Source of the DNA: an uncultured Granulosicoccaceae bacterium | GTDB taxonomy: Bacteria > Pseudomonadota > Gammaproteobacteria > Granulosicoccales > Granulosicoccaceae | Reading direction: 5' to 3' | DNA length: 64,000 nucleotides | NCBI GenBank assembly: GCA_937922675.1 | Contig: CALAJN010000002.1 | Location: 153,192-217,191 of the forward strand | Shown: in pieces, positions 57,546 to 64,000 of the stretch | How positions within the stretch are numbered: the first letter of the stretch is position 1 | Layout of the letters: every line of letters begins with the position of its first letter | The notes under the pieces: model-generated | Databases searched by the model: none | Seen by the model: only the letters and a program-made list of their open reading frames with translations | Told to the model about the DNA's origin: nothing | Translations under genes and position numbers: made by a program

Positions 57546-58001
57546 ATGCAAGTCATTCTTCTTGAAAAGATCGACAATGTCGGCCTACTCGGCGACCTTG
57601 TGGACGTCAAGGCAGGCTTTGCCCGTAATTTCCTGTTGCCACAGGGCAAGGCTCAGGTCGCAACAGAAGACAATATCGAGGCCTTCAAGGTGCGCCGAGC
57701 AGAGCTCGAAAAACAACAAGCCGAGCAATTGGCCAATGCGCAACAGCGGGCCGCAAAACTGGAGGGCGCTGTGGTCTCGGTCACCTCTCGTTCGGGCACT
57801 GAGGGCAAGCTCTTTGGCTCTGTCGGTACCGAGGAAATTCGTCAAGCCATAAATGCAGCTGGCCATGAGGTCGAGAAGCGCGAGGTGCGCCTGCCGGATG
57901 GACCTTTTCGCACCGTTGGTGAGTTTCCCATCACCTTGCATCTGCACACTGATGTCGATGTGGAAGTGACCGTGAACGTGGTCGGCGAAGAAGCCGCCTG
58001 A
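57546..58001 (+). CDS. rplI: 50S ribosomal protein L9
   Basis: MQVILLEKIDNVGLLGDLVDVKAGFARNFLLPQGKA. Confidence 0.95.
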   Translation: MQVILLEKIDNVGLLGDLVDVKAGFARNFLLPQGKAQVATEDNIEAFKVRRAELEKQQAEQLANAQQRAAKLEGAVVSVTSRSGTEGKLFGSVGTEEIRQAINAAGHEVEKREVRLPDGPFRTVGEFPITLHLHTDVDVEVTVNVVGEEAA

Positions 58002-58041
58002 TCAGGCTTGGCGTCTCGCCACCGCGTTTCAGGCACCTGGC

Positions 58042-59721
58042 ATGAGTTCGGTCTACCCACCGGGTCCGCCCGAGCTGGATATTGACGAGGACGATGATGC
58101 TGCCAACCGGCAGCCACCGTTCGGACCCGGGCCGGGCGGCCCGCCGCCGGGTCCTGACTACGCGGAGGGAATCCCGGATGGGCTTTCCCCGGCATTTGTC
58201 GGTGATGACGAGGATCCTTTTGCAGCGCCTGTAGCGTTGTCAGTTGCCTCCGGGGTCGGTACCTTCGGGTCGGCTGGCCCAGGTGCTCACAGCGCCAGCG
58301 CTGCGCCTGTGAGCTTTGGTGCGCGTTATGAGGGATTACCGGAGATCGCGTCACGCCTGGCCGCAGCTCGAATGCCGCCCCATTCCGAGGAGGCAGAGCA
58401 GGCAGTGCTGGGCGCACTGCTGATCACCACCACTGATGGCTTTGACTCTGTCTCCGAGATCGTCGTCGAGGAAGACTTCTACAAGGAAAGTCATCGCATC
58501 ATTTTTCGGGCTATCGGCTCGCTTGTTTCTGAAAACGCCAACCCTGACATCGTGACGGTTGCGGGATGGCTTGATGCCCATGGGTTGCTCGACAAGGCCA
58601 ATGGGCTTGCCTATGTCGCAACCCTTGCGGATGTCACGCCTAGCGCCAGCAACGTCAAGGTCTATGCCGAGATTGTGCGTGAGCGCTCTGTGCTGCGCCA
58701 GATGATTACTGTTGCCAACGAGATCGCTGACAGTGCCTTTGATGCCGAAGGGCGCACCAGCAAGGAGTTGCTGGACGAGGCAGAGACCAAGGTGTTTGCC
58801 ATCGCTGATCAAACCACGCGCAGTGGCGTGGGTTTTCAGGATATCAAGTCGGTGTTGAAGGGTGCTGTCGAGAGGATCACGCTGCTCTATGAATCGGACG
58901 CGGCGATAACCGGTCTGGAAACAGGCTTTAGCGAGCTTGACGAGAAGACCAGCGGATTGCAGAAATCGGACCTCGTCATTGTTGCCGGTCGTCCCTCAAT
59001 GGGCAAAACCACCTTTGCGATGAACATCGCAGAGCATGCTGCGATGACTGCCGACGCACCGGTCGCCGTGTTCAGTATGGAGATGCCGGCAGAACAACTG
59101 GCGCTGCGCATGATCTCGTCGCTAGGCAGAGTGGAGCTGCAGAAGATTCGTACTGGAAACCTGGCTGATCAGGACTGGCCACGCATCAATTCAGCGATCG
59201 CCATGCTTGCGCAAAAACGCAGTGTGTTCATTGACGATACGCCTGCTCTGACCCCGACAGATTTACGCGCACGATCCCGCCGCCTGGCACGGGAGCGAGG
59301 TCTCAGTCTGATTGTGATCGACTACCTGCAACTGATGCAGCTGTCCAACTCCAAGGAAAACAGGGCAACCGAGATATCCGAGATTTCGCGCTCATTGAAG
59401 GCATTGGCCAAGGAGCTGGAAGTGCCGATTATTGCCTTGTCTCAGCTCAACCGCTCGCTTGAGCAGCGACCGGACAAGCGCCCGGTGATGTCAGACCTGC
59501 GCGAGTCGGGCGCAATCGAGCAGGACGCGGATGTCATCATGTTCATCTATCGGGATGAGGTCTATAACCCCGAAGACGAGACCAATCACGGCAAGGCCGA
59601 GATTCTTATCAGGAAGCAGCGAAACGGACCGATTGGCGCGGTCAATTTAAGCTTTCTGGGCAAGTTCACCCGGTTTGAAAACTACTCTCCCGAGGTGCAG
59701 ATGGGTGGGGATTTTGCATGA
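58042..59721 (+). CDS. dnaB: replicative DNA helicase DnaB (possible ~110-aa Pro/Gly-rich N-terminal extension)
   Basis: The canonical core starts at PPHSEEAEQAVLGALL (codon ~113). Walker A is GRPSMGKTTFAMN, with IVIDYLQLM and ALSQLNR also present. An alternative start is ATG 58372. Confidence 0.9.
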   Translation: MSSVYPPGPPELDIDEDDDAANRQPPFGPGPGGPPPGPDYAEGIPDGLSPAFVGDDEDPFAAPVALSVASGVGTFGSAGPGAHSASAAPVSFGARYEGLPEIASRLAAARMPPHSEEAEQAVLGALLITTTDGFDSVSEIVVEEDFYKESHRIIFRAIGSLVSENANPDIVTVAGWLDAHGLLDKANGLAYVATLADVTPSASNVKVYAEIVRERSVLRQMITVANEIADSAFDAEGRTSKELLDEAETKVFAIADQTTRSGVGFQDIKSVLKGAVERITLLYESDAAITGLETGFSELDEKTSGLQKSDLVIVAGRPSMGKTTFAMNIAEHAAMTADAPVAVFSMEMPAEQLALRMISSLGRVELQKIRTGNLADQDWPRINSAIAMLAQKRSVFIDDTPALTPTDLRARSRRLARERGLSLIVIDYLQLMQLSNSKENRATEISEISRSLKALAKELEVPIIALSQLNRSLEQRPDKRPVMSDLRESGAIEQDADVIMFIYRDEVYNPEDETNHGKAEILIRKQRNGPIGAVNLSFLGKFTRFENYSPEVQMGGDFA

Positions 59722-60797
59722 GCGCCATCCGGGAGCGCGCTCTCGAGGTGGTCATTGATCGGCAGGCACTGAAGCACAACCTGGCCGTCGTGCGGCGTTT
59801 GATTCCCGACAAAACGCGCATTCTGGCGGTCGTCAAGGCCGATGCTTATGGTCACGGAGCGGTCGAGGTCGCTCGCACCTTGAGTACTGCTGATGGCTTT
59901 GCCGTCGTCACCACAGCGGAGGCAAATGCCCTGCGTGAATCCGGTGATCAACGACCGATCCTGGTGATGCAAGGCCCGCGCGATGCCAAGGATGCAACAC
60001 GCTTTGCAGAGCTTGACTGCTGGGCGGCCATTCATCAAGCGCGTCAAGCCGCGTGGCTCGCCAGTGCAACAGCTCAATCGGACGCCAGGACGGCTGCCTG
60101 GTTGAAGATCGATACCGGGATGGGACGCCTTGGGGTCATGCCCGATGAGGTCGATGCCTTGCTGGCCGATACAGGTGTTGAATGGCAAGGGGTGATGAGC
60201 CACTTTGCCTGTGCTGATGCGCCCGGCAACGCGCATACGAGCAGTCAGCTCGAGGTGTTCGAGCAGATTGCGGTACCCGCAGGTGTGACTCGCAGCATTG
60301 CCAACTCGGCAGCCGTGGTCTCGGGCGTGGGTGTGCAACACGATTGGGTCAGACCTGGACTCATGCTGTACGGGTGCAACCCGCTGGATGAACGGGCACT
60401 ACCTGCCGGTATCGAGCTGGCGCCTGTGATGAATGTCTCGGCTCCCTTGATCAGCGTCAAGCAAATGGATGCTGGGGTGGGTCTTGGCTACGCACAGACC
60501 TGGGTGACGCCTGAGGCAATGCCGGTGGGCTACGTGGCGGCAGGTTACGCGGACGGGCTGCCGAGGGTGCTGGATGCCTCGGCTGATGTGCGGGTAGGCG
60601 ACAAGCGCTGTGCGATCATCGGACGCGTGTCGATGGACTCCATTGCGATCGATCTGCGGCCGGCTCCGCACGCAGATGTCGGCGATCGGGCCACGCTGTG
60701 GGGCGCTGGTCAGCCGGTGGAGCGTTTGGCAGCGGCTGCCGGCACCATCGCATACGAGCTTCTTACCTCCGTGCGCGGAAGCTTGAGCTACGTCTGA
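59718..60797 (+). CDS. alr: alanine racemase
   Basis: ATGA overlap with dnaB. PLP-Lys motif AVVKADAYGHGA and the C-terminal YELLTS motif. Confidence 0.9.
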   Translation: MSAIRERALEVVIDRQALKHNLAVVRRLIPDKTRILAVVKADAYGHGAVEVARTLSTADGFAVVTTAEANALRESGDQRPILVMQGPRDAKDATRFAELDCWAAIHQARQAAWLASATAQSDARTAAWLKIDTGMGRLGVMPDEVDALLADTGVEWQGVMSHFACADAPGNAHTSSQLEVFEQIAVPAGVTRSIANSAAVVSGVGVQHDWVRPGLMLYGCNPLDERALPAGIELAPVMNVSAPLISVKQMDAGVGLGYAQTWVTPEAMPVGYVAAGYADGLPRVLDASADVRVGDKRCAIIGRVSMDSIAIDLRPAPHADVGDRATLWGAGQPVERLAAAAGTIAYELLTSVRGSLSYV

Positions 60798-61000
60798 TTG
60801 ACCTAATCCGGTGCCCGCAAGATGTGATGCACGTGACTAAACTCCGCCTGCACACCTTCGGCTGGGAGTGTGCTTGCCGAAATGAGAAGCGTGGCGCTTG
60901 CACATCGCGGTCAGTTGGTAGTATTCACCGCGCACGTGAGGCGACTGTTTGACACACTTTATTGCAGCGCACCGTTGTCTATCGGTGCCACACTTCACCG

Positions 61001-61324
61001 CTAACGCTCGAGGTATTGCAGCTTGTCAGGTTTGTTTTCCCATTCCTTGGCATCTTCAGGACCGTCTTTCTGGACCGTGATGACGGGCCAGACGGCAGAC
61101 AACTCGGCATTGAGCGCGAGGAAGTGCTCGTGCTCGGGCTTGAGATCTTCTTCGGCAACGATGGCGTCAATGGGGCATTCCGGCTCACAGAGTGAGCAAT
61201 CGATGCACTCCTCGGGGTCAATGACCAGAAAATTGGGACCTTCATGGAAGCAATCGACCGGGCATACTTCTACGCAGTCGGTGTACTTGCAGCGAATGCA
61301 GTTTTCGGTCACGACGAAAGTCAT
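61001..61324 (-). CDS. fdxA: 7Fe ferredoxin (FdxA-type, 3Fe-4S + 4Fe-4S)
   Basis: Start [29 protein letters not shown]...[16 protein letters not shown]. Confidence 0.9.
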   Translation of the reverse strand: MTFVVTENCIRCKYTDCVEVCPVDCFHEGPNFLVIDPEECIDCSLCEPECPIDAIVAEEDLKPEHEHFLALNAELSAVWPVITVQKDGPEDAKEWENKPDKLQYLER

Positions 61325-61451
61325 GGGCGGCTGTAGCTCTGTATCTCGATTAAGTCCTAATCGTAACAAAGATCACTCAGGCGGCAGCGCACCACCTGTT
61401 TATAAAATTTAAGTTCAGCGATCAAGGCGTGATCGCACACAGCATACAATC

Positions 61452-62363
61452 ATGATGAAACCGATCAAAAAGGCCGTATTCCCTGTCGCAGGCATGGGGA
61501 CGCGATTTCTACCGGCGACCAAGGCCAATCCGAAAGAAATGCTACCGGTGGTGGACAAGCCGCTGATTCAGTACGCTGCCAACGAAGCCGTAGCGGCTGG
61601 CGTCGATACCTTGATCTTCGTGACAGGTCGCCACAAGCGCGCTATCGAGGACCACTTTGACGGCGCCTATGAGCTGGAGCGTGAGCTGGAGGCCAAAGGC
61701 AAGAAAAAGATGCTTGAGGTGCTCAAGGCCATCCTGCCGTCGCATGTGAAATGCGTCTTTATCCGCCAGTCGGAGGCGCTAGGCCTCGGACATGCCGTGC
61801 TGTGCGCACGCCCGGTCGTCAACGATGAGCCCTTTGCCGTCATCCTCGCTGACGATCTGATCAACTTCGCAGAAAAGCCCTGCTTGTCGCAGATGGTCGA
61901 TGTCTACAAGTATCAGCACTGCTCTGTGCTCGGCACCGAAGTGGTACCCAAAGAGGAGGTCAGCGCGTATGGCGTCGTGGCCGGCTCCGAAGTGCGCCCT
62001 GGCCTGATGGAGGTGTCAGGCATTGTCGAGAAACCCAAGGTTGAGGATGCGCCGAGCAATTGCGCGGTTGTCGGACGCTATATCCTGACGCCACGCATCT
62101 TTGATTTGCTCGAGAGCACGCCGCGAGGTGCTGGTAACGAGTATCAACTGACCGATGCTATCGCGGCACTTCTCAAGGAGGAGCGCGTGCTGTCGTACAA
62201 CTTTGAGGGGCGTCGTTTTGACTGCGGTAGCAAGCTTGGCTATCTGCAAGCGCAGGTCGAGTTTGCGTTGGAGCACGAGGAGGTGGGCCCCGCGTTTCGC
62301 ACCTATCTCGACGAGCTCATGACACGTGCGGACAACATCGTGCCCATCTCTCGCAAGGGCTGA
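61452..62363 (+). CDS. galU: UTP--glucose-1-phosphate uridylyltransferase
   Basis: [35 protein letters not shown] and VGRYILTP. Confidence 0.92.
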   Translation: MMKPIKKAVFPVAGMGTRFLPATKANPKEMLPVVDKPLIQYAANEAVAAGVDTLIFVTGRHKRAIEDHFDGAYELERELEAKGKKKMLEVLKAILPSHVKCVFIRQSEALGLGHAVLCARPVVNDEPFAVILADDLINFAEKPCLSQMVDVYKYQHCSVLGTEVVPKEEVSAYGVVAGSEVRPGLMEVSGIVEKPKVEDAPSNCAVVGRYILTPRIFDLLESTPRGAGNEYQLTDAIAALLKEERVLSYNFEGRRFDCGSKLGYLQAQVEFALEHEEVGPAFRTYLDELMTRADNIVPISRKG

Positions 62364-62388
62364 GACAACTCGTTCCGAGTGTTGCCAG

Positions 62389-62416
62389 GCGGCGCCCTCA
62401 CGGGCGCCGCTTGCGT
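62389..62416 (+). terminator. GC-rich hairpin after galU (possible terminator, weak U-tract)
   Basis: GCGGCGCCC-tcac-GGGCGCCGC is a perfect 9-bp stem, followed by ttgcgtt. Confidence 0.4.
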
Positions 62417-62464
62417 TGGATCAGAAATTGCCACGCTGGAGCTCGACTAACTCATACTGTGCAC

Positions 62465-63670
62465 ATGAGCGAGCGTTCGCCATCTGCATGGCCCATTTTC
62501 GGGGTGTTCTTTATTGAGTCTGTAGCGCTCGGGCTATGGATTCCGCGCATACCGGATATCAAGAACAATCTGGCCCTGACTGACTCTTTATTGGGGGTCG
62601 CGCTGCTATGCATGCCGATTGGCACCATGCTCGGTCTGGCGCTCGCAGGGCGGGTGATCGACCGGCTGGGTTTGCGTGAGACCTGCCGGGTGTTTTTGCC
62701 GATCTGGTCCCTGCTGTTTTTGATTCCTGCTGCCGCTGGCAGTTTGGTTGCGCTGGGTCTGGGTCTTGCCTTGGCAGGCTTTGCCGTTGGCATGATCGAG
62801 ACTGCCATGAACACCGAGGCAGCTCGTCAGGAGAACACAAGCAGGCGACGTTTGATGTCGCGCTGTCACGGGTTCTGGAGTTTGGGCTCGATGTCTGGCG
62901 CCTTGCTCGGTGGCTTGCTTGGAGAGGCTGGTATCAGTGTGGCGAGGCAGTCGCTGATACTCATGCCGATCGTCGCCATATTGGGTGTTTTGATCGCATC
63001 GGCGCTGCCTACGGCGTCCTCGGATTTCGCTGTACGCGCCACCACGGAGGAGCAGCTCGGCGGGCAGGGTGATCAGTCCGAGAGCTCACGTTTGTTTCGT
63101 TGGCCAGCTACCGCGCTGCTGCCTCTTTGCTGCATGCCGCTTGGGGTGATGATGGTCGAGGGAGCCTTTATCGATTGGTCTGCGGTCTATGCGCGTGAGG
63201 TACTTGAGGCTTCGCCCCTGGTGGTGGGCGTGATCTATGCCGCTTTCGCGTCTGTCATGGCGGTCACACGCTTGTCGGGTGACATGCTGGGGGATCGCTT
63301 TGGAGATGTTGCACTGGCACGTGCCTCCGGTGTCGCAGCTGTGGCGGGTATTGCGGGTTTTGCTTTGGCACCGAACGTGGCAGCAGCCTTCTTTGCCGCA
63401 GCCGTTGCTGGAGCAGGGGTTGCAGTTGTCTTTCCACTTGCCGTATCGGCCGTTGCCCGCCGACACACGCCCGGACGCTCGGCCGCTGACAATGTCGCTG
63501 GCCTTAACATGATCAGTTTCAGCGCGTTCCTTTTCGCACCGCCGCTTATCGGTTTTTTGTCCGACGCCACCAACCTGCGAATAGCCTTGTTGGCCTTGGT
63601 GCCGGGGGCGCTTGTCAGTCTGTACTTGACGCGAGAGCTCATGGTGACAGGCAGCTCTGATCAGGCTTGA
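62465..63670 (+). CDS. MFS transporter
   Basis: ATG 62465. About 12 hydrophobic helices, with an MFS-like loop motif GRVIDRLGLR between TM2 and TM3. Confidence 0.75.
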   Translation: MSERSPSAWPIFGVFFIESVALGLWIPRIPDIKNNLALTDSLLGVALLCMPIGTMLGLALAGRVIDRLGLRETCRVFLPIWSLLFLIPAAAGSLVALGLGLALAGFAVGMIETAMNTEAARQENTSRRRLMSRCHGFWSLGSMSGALLGGLLGEAGISVARQSLILMPIVAILGVLIASALPTASSDFAVRATTEEQLGGQGDQSESSRLFRWPATALLPLCCMPLGVMMVEGAFIDWSAVYAREVLEASPLVVGVIYAAFASVMAVTRLSGDMLGDRFGDVALARASGVAAVAGIAGFALAPNVAAAFFAAAVAGAGVAVVFPLAVSAVARRHTPGRSAADNVAGLNMISFSAFLFAPPLIGFLSDATNLRIALLALVPGALVSLYLTRELMVTGSSDQA

Positions 63671-63720
63671 TCGTACTTGTGCGGTGTAGGTGCTGGTGAC
63701 TTGAAGTGCCTGTCGGTCTA

Positions 63721-64000
63721 TCAGTCGAACACGTCAATCTCGTCAATGGAAAAGAGTTGCCGGGCTTGCATTTCCTTGTATATGAAGCTGTGCCACCATC
63801 GACCGGGGATCGTGCGCAGCTCGGTGTTGTAGCGTCGCACCGCCTCTATGTAGTCACCACGTGACGCTGTGATGAGGTTAGTGACATCCTGGAGTCGCTC
63901 TTGCAGTGTTGCAAAGTGCAGGTCAGTAGCCAGAACCGGCTGAGCATCCGCAAGCGCTGTCACGCGTAGCAAAGTCTCGCTCAATTGGTTTTGGGCATTC
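63721..64000 (-). CDS. LemA-family protein (C-terminal part; gene runs off the window end)
   Basis: The frame stays open to position 64000. The C-terminal ...RGDYIEAVRRYNTELRTIPGRWW... is LemA-like. Confidence 0.65.
   Translation of the reverse strand, partial: NAQNQLSETLLRVTALADAQPVLATDLHFATLQERLQDVTNLITASRGDYIEAVRRYNTELRTIPGRWWHSFIYKEMQARQLFSIDEIDVFD

Overview
The window is a high-GC stretch of gammaproteobacterial chromosome with almost no non-coding space. The right half (about 45-61 kb) is core housekeeping DNA whose gene order matches Pseudomonadales/Cellvibrionales-type genomes: hfq-hflX-hflK-hflC-DUF2065-hisZ-purA, tRNA-Leu(CAG), and rnr-rlmB-rpsF-rpsR-membrane protein-rplI-dnaB-alr. 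The left half holds three main blocks. First is a Cys-type, Tat-exported formate dehydrogenase island (1.2-12.8 kb): fdhD, DUF3305, DUF3306, a polyferredoxin, a TorD-like chaperone, a small Tat-target protein and fdhABC. An oppositely oriented mannonate-dehydratase-like gene splits this island. Second is an accessory block with an ankyrin protein, a cNMP-gated patatin, a Rieske-like protein, DUF3047 and tandem crcB genes. Third is the heat-shock operon hrcA-grpE-dnaK-dnaJ. The most interesting locus lies at 33.7-37.4 kb on the minus strand and looks like a peripheral light-harvesting (LH2-type) operon. Its order is a candidate PpsR/CrtJ-controlled promoter, a short uORF, pucB, pucA, a stem-loop, an uncharacterised 282-aa protein, pucC, def and ccmI. 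pucB is 52 aa and is missing from the supplied ORF track. The 282-aa protein carries six 16-aa DNPAPLSS repeats. No reaction-centre or bch genes fall in the window. The pucA C-terminus (Phe44-Phe45) predicts a blue-shifted B800-820-like antenna. Other notable items are a near-perfect 15-bp x 18 tandem repeat encoding (AAKKT)n in the RNase R tail, a Pro/Gly-rich N-terminal extension on DnaB, a degenerate Tat-exported Rieske-like protein, and a metzincin-like / Tat serine-hydrolase cluster. No CRISPR array, transposase, integrase or rRNA was seen. All product calls rest on motif recognition in the supplied translations and on my own reading of the DNA. No database search was run.
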